From the NCBI GenBank assembly GCA_034780895.1, contig JAUZTB010000070.1, positions 23,124,717 to 23,188,716 of the forward strand: a stretch of DNA of 64,000 nucleotides. The letters run 5' to 3'. Made by a program: the position numbers and the translations under genes. This document shows, piece by piece, positions 1 through 13,341 of the stretch. How positions within the stretch are numbered: position 1 is the first letter of the stretch; each line of letters opens with the position of its first letter. The stretch is from Rhynchobatus australiae (Eukaryota). The notes beneath the pieces were generated by a model. It was not told the origin of the DNA. It saw only the letters and a list, made by a program, of their open reading frames with translations, and did no database searches.

Positions 1-479
1 ATAAAACAAATCAATCTGTTTATACCTTTCTCATTTTTTAACAATAATAAATATCACCCAAGTGGCCCATGAACAATAAGGTTATAATTGAAATGCTTAA
101 AGTCAATAATTTAATCATTCCACCCCCCCAAAAAAAATTATAGATCAGATTTACAAATTGCACCATAACAGATTAAACATGAAGATCATCGTTTTTCTAA
201 TCTGCACAAGCCACTACCATTTGACATGGTATGCTGGAGTTACACATTACAGCACAACACCAACTGGCTCATGACTGGGAAGGAATTGGCCTAGATTTTG
301 CAATACGACTAATGATGAGGAAAAAATTGATCACTGATATCAGAGGGAAAATACGACATCAATTTCCAGACTAGTAATAAGCTGTTCCATCGGAGGATAT
401 GCCATGATAATACCAAGAGTAAGTCAGGGCTGGAGTGAATGAATTTTTAGATGTTAAGGGATAACTGCTGCTCAAAGCC

Positions 480-605
480 TCTCTAGAGAGGTTGTGTCTT
501 CTTGTGGGACAACCCTGAACTGCACTGTGTAATGAATTGACCTGTACGGTCAGTGTGCAAGACAAGTTTTTCACTGTACCTCGGTACAAGTGACAATAAT
601 AAACT
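480..605 (+). mobile_element. Short non-LTR retroelement 3' tail (Rex1/Babar-like or derived SINE)
   Basis: ttttcactgtacctcggtacaagtgacaataataaa end; related tails near 45820, 54015 and 63500. Confidence 0.5.
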
Positions 606-619
606 GCTACCAATTACTG

Positions 620-850
620 TTTTAAACCGAGAGAAATGAGTCAATTTTTTTCTCTGAGAAAGGCATGAGTCTTTGGAACACTCTTCCTTAAAGGGTGGTG
701 GAAGCAGAAACTTTGAATATTTTTAATGCAGAGTTTGATTAGTACTTTAATAAGCATGGAGGTGAAAAGTTACCACAGGTGGACAGGAATGCAGAGGTGA
801 GGTTACAATCAGATCAGTCTGCTCCTGCTCCTAATTCGCATGTTTGTAGT
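620..850 (+). mobile_element. Decayed CR1 LINE 3' end
   Basis: gagtctttggaacactcttcc...gtggtggaagcag...ctgctcctgctcctaattcg tail, similar to 21030-21320. Confidence 0.6.
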
Positions 851-3006
851 GTTCGCTTAAATCTCCTCATAGGAAAAAAAACCCAACAAAGCCTTAAATT
901 TATAAATATAAATGCATGTAAAACTTTTATTTTTACTTTGTATATTTGGCCNNNNNNNNNNNNNNNNNNNNNNGACTTTTTTTTTAATATATACCAACAC
1001 TAGAATGACTGTACCTCCTGATTCCAATACAATGGATATGATATTGCATACATATCGATTGATCATCTCATCTCCAGTGTTATGAAAGCCGGATTGGTGA
1101 CTGCTTTCCCACACTAATTGTTCTCAGCACTTGCCCTTGAGGACTTGCTACATCTACAGCCTTCCCAATTATATCTCCTTGAAATCCAGTCAGCATTTTT
1201 AACTTATCTTGCCAAAAGAATGCAGTTTAGATAGAACTAAAAACTTACAAACATATGCAAGAAGGGTTAGTCAGATAATACTCGGTCAACTTTTATGAAA
1301 TATAAACATCTCAGTTTCAAATTATTTCCAGACAATACTGCTGCAACAAAATTTGGTCTTTTGAAATATTAGCAATTCCAATCAACCTTTAAAATTGCTC
1401 ATTAATTAGTGTGGATCAAACTCCAAGGTGGGACTTCAAACCCTTAAGCACTTCAAGAACATGACTGGATGATTGGGGAAGGGAGAAGCATTAGGTCTTC
1501 CCTTTGAGTGGCAAGATAGGTTGAAAATCCTGTTTTATTTGCATTCATCTTTTGATTCCAATGATGATGAGTACTGGAGGTATTGTTTTCCTTCTGAATC
1601 TGAGTACGCGGTAATCATGCCAAGTGAAAAATCAGAGTAAGACCTGAACCTGCCCTCATATGATGTGCACATGCCTTCTATTGCAATTAGGGATGGATAT
1701 ACAAGCTGATTTTTATCTTCTTAAAGCAAGCCATGAAGCTAATTATATGCCCTTGCTCTTGTTCTGACTAAGTTAAAATTAATTCTATACAGAAATGAAG
1801 CTGGGGTTGTCCAGTTATACAGTTCATTATATGCTTTCACTAGGAGCTGAATCAAAGAGACATTGAGTTAACGTAAAAAAGGTTAAATTAAATATTAATC
1901 CAAAATCTGAATCACAGTCTTCAAAATAAGGCTCTCAAAGTGGATTAATAAATACATTATAGAGCAAAAATACAAAATGATACAATGTACAAGTCAAGAG
2001 AATGACAGAAGTAATTTTTGCAGAGGATATATCTGGCATAACCCAGTATAAGTGGTTTGGTGATTATTTTTAAAGCTAGATAAAAGAATTTCAACAAAAC
2101 CAAATCAACTGTATTGATATCTCGGAAATGCGCTGCTTTTAAAATTTCTAACCAGTTACTATATTTTTTTTAAAAAGTTGCCCAAATAATTTGCATAATT
2201 AATTTTAACTTTTTGAAAGTAAGACTTTTGGAAGTAAAAGAGTCAGAATGTAAAATCTTAATTGATACTTGTCGAGCCTGGAGCAATCTAATTAGTTCAC
2301 TCCCCTGATCTTTCCCCATTGCCCTGTAATTTTCCCCAGATATTTACTCAATTCCTTTTTTGAACCTTACCGTTAAATCTGCTTCAACCGTTGTTCAGGC
2401 AGCACAATCCAGAACTCAATATTAAAAAGTGTTTCCTCATGTGGCTTCTGGTGCTTTTGCCAATCATCTTAAATCTACGTCCTGTGGTTATAGATTGTGT
2501 TCCCACCACATGCAATTTCTCTTTGGTTAATCTATCAAGCTGCTTGAAATTCTGAATATGTCAATCAAATCAACTCAATCTTCTCTGTTTCATGTAGAAC
2601 AACTCCAGCTTCTTCAATCTATGAACTGAAAACCATTAATCTGGAAGGCCATGACATCCTAAAGTCAGATGTTCAGCACTGGAAACAATATTGTAGTTGA
2701 AGCCTAATGTTTTAGAATGATTTAGCATAATTTTTGTTGCTTTAAACTTGATGCCTCCATTAATAGAGCTGGTATCCAACAATATCTTGTGTATCTCTTC
2801 ATAGCTGTCTCAATTTGGCTTGCTACCTTAAAATATTTGTGTATATGCAACTGCACCCGTCCATTCCAAAACCTCATTTCTGGTTTATATTTGGCTCCCA
2901 TTACTTTTTCTACCAAGTACTAAATTATTGATATATTAATTCATATCTATTGATCCCTAAAATGTAGTGTCGTTCTCTGAATGTCATTGTATTTGTTTTT
3001 GGATAT

Positions 3007-3240
3007 CGAAAACAAACTGCTGGAGAACTCTGCAGGTCAAGCAGCATCTATGGAGAGAAATGAATAATTGATGTTTCAGGGCAAGACCTTCATCTGGACT
3101 AGATGCCTGGACCACTCCAGATGAAGGGTCTTGACCTGAAATGTTGACCTTCCCTTTGCCTCCACATATGCAGCTCCACTGGCTGAGTCCAGCAGTTTAT
3201 GTTTTGCTCCAGATTCCAGTATCTGCAATCTCTTGTCTTT
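3007..3240. mobile_element. Fold-back element derived from Penelope-like pseudo-LTR
   Basis: Inverted arms gctggagaactc..caggtcaagcagcatctatggag...gaccttcatctgg and ccagatgaagggtcttgacctgaaa...gctgagtccagcag. Confidence 0.7.
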
Positions 3241-3410
3241 TTTTATTAGGATACCTTTATCATCATGCAGTGGCATGGTCAGACTCTTTCCACCTCGTTG
3301 GATGTTGGAATACCACCCTTAGACTGAAAGACTGCTCATGTTAAATCACTATTTAGGAAGGACAGAAGTATGAATGAGGAAACCCTAGCCCGGACACCCT
3401 AACTTTGGTG

Positions 3411-3629
3411 ACACAACAGACTGGAGATGCTGAAATCTGAAGCAACACACAAAATGCTGGATGAACTCAATGTGTCAGGCAGCAACTATGGAGAGAAATG
3501 GACAGTCAACATTTCAGGTCAAGACCCTTTATCTGGAGTGGATGAAGGTCTCGATCCGAAACGTCAACTATCCATTTCTCTCCATAGATGCTGCTTGACC
3601 TGCTGAGTTTCTCCAGTATCTTGTGTGTT
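3411..3629. mobile_element. Second fold-back Penelope pLTR-derived element with apparent 15-bp target-site duplication
   Basis: About 95-bp imperfect inverted arms; flanked by ACCCTAACTTTGGTG (3396-3410) and ACCCTAACTTTAGTG (3630-3644). Confidence 0.75.
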
Positions 3630-4374
3630 ACCCTAACTTTAGTGGTGGGGAAGTTATTGTAAATCATTATCAGAAACACAGTAAATGTTCATTTGGAAGG
3701 CATTGTCTGATCAAAAAGTAACATAGATATGCTAAAGGTAAGTTGTAGCCAAGTGACCTCACTGACTTCTTTGATGAAGAAACGGAGAAAGTTGTTCTAG
3801 ATGAAGAGGTTGCATTTCATAGGAGATTATAATTCCATTGGTTGAGCTGTCCAGAACTTGGGAGCAAAGTCGCAAAATTGGAACCAGGCCTTTCAGGAAT
3901 TACATTAGTAAACACTTCTACAAGTGAAAGTTTAGAACAATGAAAATTGCAATTGATTCCTGGTCAATTTTAAATTGTAGACTAATAGACTTCTGTTAAC
4001 TGCAGGTAATAAGAGACAGAGATAGGTTAATGGAGTTATGTCACAGACCAGCAGTGATCTCATTTGATAGAAAAAGAGACTTGAAGGACAAAAACAATTG
4101 AAATAGCAATGACAGATTTCTCCAGAGTATGCAAGAACACATTATTTAAAATATACCACTACCATACTTGTGGTAAAACAGATGAGTCTCCTAACCCGAT
4201 TTATAGATGTAATGGATGTACTGCTCAATGAAAATGGAACTCAATTTAGATGTGCATTGCTAACCAAAGAGTGAAAACAGTTAAATTTTAAGGTTAGGAT
4301 AGATAGGATAAACTTAAGATGACTAAAAGAATTTAGAAGGGCAGATAGATAATAAAGTTGAGTATAGTACTTAC

Positions 4375-4488
4375 TAATGTAGTTCTGGTCCTGTGGTATG
4401 GTTGTACGATTGGCAAACCTAGTGGGGTCACCCACTCCACCGAGCTTCCTGATCGTGCAATTAGTCGGGCACTTTCTGTTAGCCAGTC
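4375..4488 (-). CDS. POLRMT: POLRMT exon 15 (114 nt): DWLTESARLIARSGSSVEWVTPLGLPIVQPYHRTRTTL
   Basis: ttttag acceptor, TTA|GTAAGT donor; WLTESA and EWVTPLG motifs. Confidence 0.97.
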
Positions 4489-5429
4489 CTAAAAGGTAAA
4501 AACAAAATTTAGATGAAAGGAACCAAGATACACTGAAGCACACAGTTACTTATATCAGGTGGGTTTTTGTTTTACACTAATCATCATTTATGGAGAGTTT
4601 GAATTGGAAAGAACATAAGAAATAAAAACAGATATAGGCCAATCAACTCTTCAAGCATGTTCTGTCATTCATAATCAGATTTATTATCAGCAACTTATAT
4701 GTTGTGAAATTCAATAAGATCATGGCTGAATTTCTGCCCCAAATCCTATTTGCCTGATCTAGCCCCATATTCCTGTTAACATCCAGAAATGTATCAATCT
4801 CTATTTTAAACACAATCAATGACTGAGCCTCCTCATTCCTTTCAGTATTCCAATGATTCACCACTCTCTGACTGAAGAACTTTCTGTCATAAGTGGACCA
4901 TGTCTCTTTGTTCTGGACTCCTTAGCCAGAATAATCATTCTTCCTATATTTATCGTGTTGATATCCTCTGAAAATTCAATTGCAATGCTTTGGAGGAAAT
5001 TTTGCAGACAGGGCATTGATATGAAAAATTAACTTTGATTGCCTTTCCAGATGCTGCCTGACCTGGTTTGTGTTTTTATTTTAGTAAACTACTGCATTAG
5101 TAGTTCATCCTTGGGGATTTCAAAATGCAAATTTTTTTTATATATTGCCCAAGATATTATGTATAGACAGGCCTAGAATGGTTACCCTCTGCACCTTAAG
5201 TAGGAAAATCCACTTCTATAGCAATCTATGAATCATAGTATGTTTACATACGATGACAGACTAAATGTTTGGATTCTTAAAAGGAATTTGGCAGCATTGG
5301 CAAGGACTGGAAGGCAATGAGGCAATTTAATTTAGAAGGAGTTATAAGCATTTTGTTTTACAGATTCTGCATATAGCTAATTTTAACATTATTAGCGATT
5401 TTCATTGCAGAATGCAGACCACTTAAATA

Positions 5430-5970
5430 TTAACACACAGCACAGAAATGGGACTTTTTGGCCTACCTTGTCCAGGCCAATGGTGATGCCTATCTATGTT
5501 AACCCCATTTGCCTGCATTAGGCCTTTATCCCTCTATGCTTTTCATATCTAAGTACCTGTCCAAATGCCTTTCAAACATTGTAATCATATCTGCCTCCAC
5601 TGGCATCTCATTCCAGATATTCACCACCTGCTGTGCAGTAAACTTTCCCCTCAGATCTTCTTTAAGTTCCTCCTATCTCAACTTAAACTTGTGTCTTCCC
5701 TGCCCTGGGAAGAAATGATTCTGACTATCCATCTTTTCCATGCCCTTCATAATTTTATAAACCTTTATAATGTCACCCCTCGGCCTCCTACGTTCCGAGG
5801 AGAATAAATCCACAGTATCCAATCTCTCCTTATAATTAGTTCTTCATTCCAGGAAACATCCTGGCAATTCTCTTCCACACTCTCTCTACTGCTACCACAT
5901 CCTTCCTGTAGTGTGGCAACCAGAACTGTATGCAATAATCTAAGAGCAGTCTAACCAATGTTTTGTACAA
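5430..5970 (-). mobile_element. CR1 LINE 3' fragment
   Basis: Similar to the 12311-12990 copy (ccacatccttcctgtagtgtggcaaccagaactg; cagcacagaaa tail). Confidence 0.75.
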
Positions 5971-6104
5971 CTTCAAAATTTGCAAAACAAAAACTGACAG
6001 AGGATTTTAGGATACAATATTATAGTCCAAAGGAATCAAACAATGTGATCATATTACTTCCAAATAGATTTAGAATCCTAGGCACCAACATTATGCATAG
6101 GTTA

Positions 6105-6480
6105 CCTAATTTAGAGGTGTACAAGATGATAAGAGGCATAGATTGAGTGAACAGTCAGACTTTTTCCCAGGGCAACAATGGCTAACATGAGGGGACATAA
6201 CTTTAAGGTGATTGGAGGAAGGTATAAGGGGGATATCAGGGGCAAGTTTTCCACCCTCCCCCCCCACAGAGTGGTGGGTGCATGGAATGCACTGCCTGCA
6301 GAGGTTATCGGGGCAGCTATATTAAGGACATTGAGACTCTTAGAATAGACACGTGAATGATAGAAAAATATGGAGCGACGTGGGAGGGAAGGGTTAGATA
6401 GATCTTAGAGCAGGATAAAATGTTTGCACAACATTGTGGGCCGAAGGGCCTGTACTGTGCTGTAGTGTTCTATGTTGTTC
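6105..6480 (+). mobile_element. CR1 LINE 3' fragment
   Basis: EVYKMIRGID...FKVIGG coding remnant followed by gggccgaagggcctgtactgtgctgtagtgttctatgtt tail. Confidence 0.8.
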
Positions 6481-6837
6481 TAATTTGTAAAAAGTTCATT
6501 TATATTAAAATTCAATTTTTGTTTTTAGCCATCTGAAAGGTGTTTTGTTTCCAGCTTTCACATATGCATTGTTTCATTTAATAGAAATAATTTTGACTAT
6601 CAAGAAAGCAGATTTAAAAAGGAATTTTCAATTTTAGTTAAATGCCATGTTAAATCAAGCAACAATAACATGCCCAACAAAGTCAATTTTCGTGTCATGC
6701 TGAAAACATTAAAACATTTATGTTCCAAATGGATCAGTTAATATATAGATTGCTTATTGCTTAAAACTGATCATAACGGATAAGCTTTAACCAGCCTGCC
6801 AGACAGCTGTCAATAAAACTGCAGTTAGGGAAATTAC

Positions 6838-6924
6838 CTGAATTTCCCTGGTGCCAGTAAACATCTCCTTTAGGCTGTTAAACACTTGCTGCACCAAGTA
6901 GTGTGAAGCTTCCCACACATATTC
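6838..6924 (-). CDS. POLRMT: POLRMT exon 14 (87 nt): EYVWEASHYLVQQVFNSLKEMFTGTREIQ
   Basis: tttttcag acceptor, CAG|GTAATT donor; VWEASHYLV motif. Confidence 0.97.
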
Positions 6925-9859
6925 CTGAAAAATAAATTACGATAATTATATTTAACTAATTTTCCACTTTCAATATTAAGATCAGTACACACAACAAAAG
7001 ACTTGTGAAGTGCACACTGGAGACACATCACTTTAGAAGGAATGTAAAGTTGTGTGACCTAACAATTATTAATTTGATACTTTTTGACAAATAGTTTCTG
7101 TAATGAATCACTTAAAATACATTTTGAGGATAAAACATTCAATAAAAATGTAATTGCATTTTTGTTATTCAGTGTAGGTGTTGTAGCCAAGCATAATGTG
7201 CTACATTTTTTAAATCAGGCTTTTTCTTTTACGCAGTGCCTGTTGATTGAGAACGACTTGTTTCTACTCCAGCTCTGAGTTCTGAGGTAACTTATTAGGC
7301 CAAGACAGAGCCCATGTACTCCATCAGAGATAAGGAAGGTGATACCCAAGAAGACTTGTAGGTACATGGTTTGTGATGTAGAGGGTTCCTCCTCCTTTTT
7401 ACACTGGAATCCTATGTGCTCCCGACACATGGGTGCAAAGCCCTCTATGCAATCCTAAATTTCTTTTCCCTTTCTGAGTGGGCCAGGGATTCCTGAGAGT
7501 CACGAAGTCTGTTACAATTTTTCAAGAAAACCTTGCACCTTTGTCAATGGAACAAATTACCACATAAACATAGCTTCTGTTTCTGAAGTCTGGTGTCAGG
7601 TCTGGAAATGCAAATGACATTGTCTGCCTAATTGCCAAATGCAGTCAACTGAATGTAACTGGGCCTCAGCGATGGAGANNNNNNNNNNNNNNNNNNNNNN
7701 NNNNNNNNNNNNNNNNNNNNNNNNNNNNNNNNNNNNNNNNNNNNNNNNNNNNNNNNNNNNNNNNNNNNNNNNNNNNNNNNNNNNNNNNNNNNNNNNNNNN
7801 NNNNNNNNNNNNNNNNNNNNNNNNNNNNNNNNNNNNNNNNNNNNNNNNNNNNNNNNNNNNNNNNNNNNNNNNNNNNNNNNNNNNNNNNNNNNNNNNNNNN
7901 NNNNNNNNNNNNNNNNNNNNNNNNNNNNNNNNNNNNNNNNNNNNNNNNNNNNNNNNNNNNNNNNNNNNNNNNNNNNNNNNNNNNNNNNNNNNNNNNNNNN
8001 NNNNNNNNNNNNNNNNNNNNNNNNNNNNNNNNNNNNNNNNNNNNNNNNNNNNNNNNNNNNNNNNNNNNNNNNNNNNNNNNNNNNNNNNNNNNNNNNNNNN
8101 NNNNNNNNNNNNNNNNNNNNNNNNNNNNNNNNNNNNNNNNNNNNNNNNNNNNNNNNNNNNNNNNNNNNNNNNNNNNNNNNNNNNNNNNNNNNNNNNNNNN
8201 NNNNNNNNNNNNNNNNNNNNNNNNNNNNNNNNNNNNNNNNNNNNNNNNNNNNNNNNNNNNNNNNNNNNNNNNNNNNNNNNNNNNNNNNNNNNNNNNNNNN
8301 NNNNNNNNNNNNNNNNNNNNNNNNNNNNNNNNNNNNNNNNNNNNNNNNNNNNNNNNNNNAAAGGCCCAAGGGATTTTGAAATTTGGTCTGACTTGCATCT
8401 TATTTCCCCAAATCACATCTATTTCGTTAGTCTGTAAAGGCAAAAATTATATATAGAGAACAAACAAATGGTGTTTTGCAGGGCATTAAATTAGGTGAAA
8501 ATGTAAATGAGTGTACAAACACATTAATGGTTGTGAATTCTCTTCACTTTCTATTTTGGTTTTTCATCCTATATATACAGCTCTTGAATTCTTATCTATT
8601 GCTTAATTATGGTCTGCTCAAACAGATGTATGGTTCAGTTGTACCTGACTTCAATGGTGCCAATAGCTGGCTTCATTGATACCACGTTGAGAGCAAAAAT
8701 GGATTATCCAGTAACAACTAACTGAAAATTCTCACTTCAGTTAAATAATGAGTTGAGCTTGACTACAAAAGCCGTGGGTCACTTAGAAACAATAACACTT
8801 CAACATGCAAGTCTTCAAGGTGGCCTCTGGGCGAGTCCACAGCTTCTGCTACCAGAGGCTTTTCTCTACTGTGGACTGCTCCGCCCTGGGGACTGGTTGT
8901 GTTAGTGAAATCTGGAGCTCAATTTGAAGCACAGGGTTGTAAAAGATTACAGTGGCTGCAGGTACCGCAAAGGAGAGTTGGGGGAGGGGGGAGCCGAGAG
9001 AATGTGTGGGCAAACTAGAGGCGATGGCCATATAGAGCATGATCATGCCCATTAAGCCTCTCTTTTCTATTGAGAAATATATTTTGTTCAAAAATAATAT
9101 TTCAACAACAAAACAAAGAACTTCAACGTGAAACAAAAGATTACGCGAAACTAGAAGATATCCTATAATTTGATCAGAAATGCATTCTGTTGAAAGTCAA
9201 TATACTTCTGTTGTATAGGATTAGATTATTCCTCCAGATATCACAACTGTGAATGAATACATCCCTGAGCAATATAATTTAGAAAGCTTTTATTCTTCAA
9301 CATGTTCAAAATTAATTCAGATTAAAGCATCTGTAGTAATGGAAAGATTATCCTCCTATTTAATATCTTTAGGATCATTATTATATGTTGTGACAAGATG
9401 CTTGGTATGTTTTAAATTGTCAGATTCGAGTAATTTCTGTTTGAAGTAACAAGCATGGCTAGAATTTTGTTTCTCTTTCAGATGTTGATTAATTTGCTGA
9501 GCATTTCCATGTTTTTTGGCTTTGTATTAAAATTCACAACTTACTTGTTTTTCCTTTCTATTCCTGTGTGCCAAATCTTAACTTCTTACTGTGATTTACG
9601 AAAAGTCAAGAGTATTTTGCTGTTTATGCACTGCTCTCATCTGTAGATTGAAATACTTCCAGGTTTCTGCATACGCCAGTTTATAAGAAGAAAACAAAAA
9701 CTGAAATGTCTGTCAACTAGATTCACCCATTGTGATATTATTTGTCTAGAAAATCTGTTGTTTCAGTTGGACCAGAATGCTCCATCTCACCCTGGAGGAA
9801 AAGCAAAATAAATACCACGACTTTGCTCGTGCACATAAAACCACTACATTCTTAAGTAC

Positions 9860-10039
9860 CTTTGGAAAATCTTCTATTTCCTTCAACTTTTTTTCAATCT
9901 GGAGACGCCCACCAAACCGCGTCACACCATACACCACAGTCATCACAGTCTGTTTCACAACTTTACGACTAATGAAACCTTCCAAGATTTGAGCAATTTT
10001 TACATCTTTTTCAGCGTCTTGTTTTCTAAATTGTTCAAC
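9860..10039 (-). CDS. POLRMT: POLRMT exon 13 (180 nt): VEQFRKQDAE...RKVVKQTVMTVVYGVTRFGGRLQIEKKLKEIEDFPK, motif B / O helix
   Basis: cctcag acceptor, AAG|GTACTT donor; R-x3-K-x7-YG motif. Confidence 0.98.
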
Positions 10040-10962
10040 CTGAGGAGAAAAACTCAAGCCAATTAAATAATGTACCGAAGGAAAACGTACTCAACAATTC
10101 GCAGTACTGTAACGGTGCAAAATATCCCAAGGCACTTTAAAAGAACATAAAACAAAAACTGATTCACAGCTGCACATGGAGATATTTGCNNNNNNNNNNN
10201 NNNNNNNNNNNNNNNNNNNNNNNNNNNNNNNNNNNNNNNNNNNNNNNNNNNNTAGTGCCAAGGACAACTAATAAGTATTGCTTGCCAACTTCCAGTGTCA
10301 TGCAAGATAACTGAATTTACTTTTTTCAGCTACCCAGTTTGATTTGCTGCTCAGATTTGCTATTTGATACTGGGGTACTAATATAATTTAAGATTTGTGG
10401 TAACGTTCCTTTAGAAGAATAAAGTATGCTTAATCTTTTTCTTGAAAGAAAACATGTAATTTTCATGAGTTCAGTACACTTTCTCCTTATGCATACATTG
10501 TTTATACTTCCTCAGTGATGAAGAAACCTACACTAAATGTCATTTGTTGCAATGCACTTTCCTCCCCCCAAAGCTCCTAAACCTGTATTAAATAGAAGAT
10601 CAGGGATATTATTATAAGTAAGCCTTACAAAAGCTACCTAATATTTTGAATAATTGAACTATACTTTGATAGAACATAACTGTGATTCTCAGGTATTAAC
10701 ACAGCACATTTTCAATGACTGTTGTTACATTAATAAAGTTTTATAATGGGAAACAAGAAAATCAGAAATTACATATTTTTTAAAACTGAATTATTTCTTT
10801 CCAACAGATGCAAATGCATATAATATCATCAATTTGTAATATTAATATCCTTCTACTTTTAGTTGTCAGACCGGTTTGGCAGCATGTTGCTGCCTCATCC
10901 ACCAGCAGGACTGAACAGTAAATGACAAACAGATCACCCATAGGGAACATTCACCCACTTAC

Positions 10963-11085
10963 CTGCTGTGCCACTCCATTATAGACATCCTGTGGTACCT
11001 CACAGGGCATTAGGTTCACAGAGGTTGCACCAATTACATCACGTCCTAGAGCAGCATAGTGCTGCAAACCATTACAAGACCCATC
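10963..11085 (-). CDS. POLRMT: POLRMT exon 12 (123 nt): [41 protein letters not shown], catalytic motif A Asp
   Basis: taacag acceptor, CAG|GTAAGT donor; [10 protein letters not shown]. Confidence 0.98.
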
Positions 11086-11364
11086 CTGTTAAAAGATAAA
11101 AGTATTTCCAATGAGTTGACTGAGGTTGAATCTTCATTATACAAGACTTTGGAAAATCAGTTTATAAAAATGCTAGGAATGTCAAATAAAACATCTTCAT
11201 ATTGTTGCTTAGATCCTGTTTACGCGTATTTAAAAGAAACAAAATTCAACAGTACCGACATAATTGGCTTACTTAACCAACATGAAATTATTGACCAATT
11301 GCTTGGAAGTCTCCATTATCTTTTTAGCTTAGAACCTGCCACTTGTGTTTACCAGTACTGGATA

Positions 11365-11582
11365 CTGGTCCTCCACAGGTTACGGCAGGGTTCGGTTCCT
11401 GAGAATTGTTCATAACCCGAACAGTTCACTGGATGGAAATGTGGCTGTGAACCAAGTTCCCAAACAGCAGAAGATGCCTGCAGACCCCCAGCAGTGCAAA
11501 TCCATCCCACTGGCCTCCCAAACACTCGTTAATATATAGGGCCTGTACATAAATTGGACATTCATAATCTGGGGAGGACATG
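11365..11582. mobile_element. Tigger/pogo-like MITE (Tc1/mariner superfamily), about 218 bp
   Basis: Left end TA|CTGGTCCTCCACAGGTTACG; reverse complement of right end TA|CATGTCCTCCCCAGATTATG; TA flanks on both sides. Confidence 0.65.
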
Positions 11583-12310
11583 TATATCATGGACTCCAAT
11601 GACAAGGTGTGAGAGGCAGCAGGACCTCAAGCAGCACACCAAAGAAGCCCCAGCCCAAAAGTTTTAAAAGTCAGTGAAGCCCCATTCTCAGCTTTGTCAA
11701 CTGCAGAAGCTGCAAGGGATTTTTAAAAGATTCAAAATATAACAATTAAATAATTCAAAAGTACATAATTATTAATGATTATCATTAATTTATTGAAAAC
11801 ATTTCACTAAACACCCCAAAAGACTAACAACTAAAAATCGTAAACTAAACCAAAACATCTCTACCAAATGCAACCCAAAATTCCTAACTGAAATCAATGG
11901 GGCCATAGATTCTCATTATTCCTAATTGGTCATTGATTATAGGACTTCTGTATTTGGAAACACTTGTGTGCAAGTCCAAGATATTGCTTCCACTTGGGCA
12001 TATAAATGCCAGTGCTTCTGTTCTAAGCTGCTGGCATTTATCAGCAATATCTGGACCAACACCTCCAAGTAATTACGTACTAGTATTAGAACAACATTAA
12101 GGCCTTGACATACTTTTGCAGAAAAAAAACATAGGTAAACATTATATTTTCCTGAATCATACAAAAATATAAGAATTATGATCAGCAGTAGGTCATCTGG
12201 TCTTTCCAGCCATTCAACAAGATCATGGCCAATTTTCCACCTCAGCTCCATTTTCCTGCACTATTCTCTGGATTCCCCTCATATCCAGAAATCTATCAAT
12301 CCCTATTTTG

Positions 12311-12990
12311 AACAGAACATAGAACAGTACAGCACGGGAACAGGCCCTGTGGCCCACGATGTTGTGCTGAACCAATTACATTAGTAACAAAATACCTGAC
12401 TAAACTAATCCCTTCTCTCTACACAATGTCCATATCCCTCATATTCACGTGCCTACCCAAGAGCTTATTGAACGCCCCATCATATTTGCTTCCACCACCA
12501 CCCCAGGCAGCGCATTCCAGGCACCCACCACTCTGTGTTAAAAAAAACTTGCCCTGCACATCTCCTTTGAACTTTCCTCCTTTCACCTTAAATGCATGCC
12601 CTCTGGTATTAGATATTTCAACCCTGGGGAAAAGATACTGGCTATCTATGCCTCTCATAATCTTATAAACTATCAGAATTTCCCTCAGCCTCCACCGCTC
12701 TATAGAAAAGAATCCAAGTTTGTCCAAAGCTATCCTCATAGCACATGCCCTCTAATCCAGGCAGCATCTTGGTAAACCTCTTCTGCACCCTCTCCAAAGC
12801 CTCCACATCCTTCCTATAAACAGGGTGACCAGAATTGAATGCAATACTCCAAATGTAGCCCAACTAAACATTTTTAAAGCTGCAGTATTGAACTCAATGT
12901 CTCAACTAATGAAGGCAAGGAAGCCATATGCTTTCTTTACCGCCCTATCAACCTGTGTAGCCACTTTCAGGGAGCTATGAACTTGTCATG
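12311..12990 (-). mobile_element. CR1 LINE 3' fragment nested in an older CR1 (about 12165-12310 and 13010-13260)
   Basis: RKDVEALERVQKRFTKMLPGLEG and YKIMRGID...TRGHAFKVKGGKF remnants; aacatagaac tail. Confidence 0.88.
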
Positions 12991-13341
12991 GAGCTATGAA
13001 TTTCATAGTTGAATTCAATGATTGAGGCTCCACAATCCTCTGGAAGAGGGATTGCTAAAGATTCATAAATCTTTAATGAAGAAATTTCTATTCATCTCAG
13101 TCCTAAATGACCTACTCTTCATTCTAAGATGATGACCTCTAGTTCTAGACAACTTAGCTTAGGGAAAACACCCTCCCTGCATCCAGCCTGTTGAGCCGTA
13201 TATGAATCGTGCAAATTTCAATGAGATTACCTCCCAATTTTCTAGCCTCCATAAAAATCAGAACAGAAAGTTCTGAAAAATGTTGGATTTGAAGATCTGA
13301 AAGGCTAACTCTATTCCTTTTTTCACAGATGCTGCCTGACC

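Noticed and set aside
857-1114. Possible POLRMT exon 16 (…HNTGDEMINR…) or KNSFTP at 371-613
   Set aside because: No phase-0 acceptor gives an open, homologous frame, and there is no FPPNFIHSLD or VHD motif. The remaining exons are probably outside the window.
7596-8443. Long ORFs in the track here and at 18391-18847 and 44251-44661
   Set aside because: They consist almost entirely of N runs.
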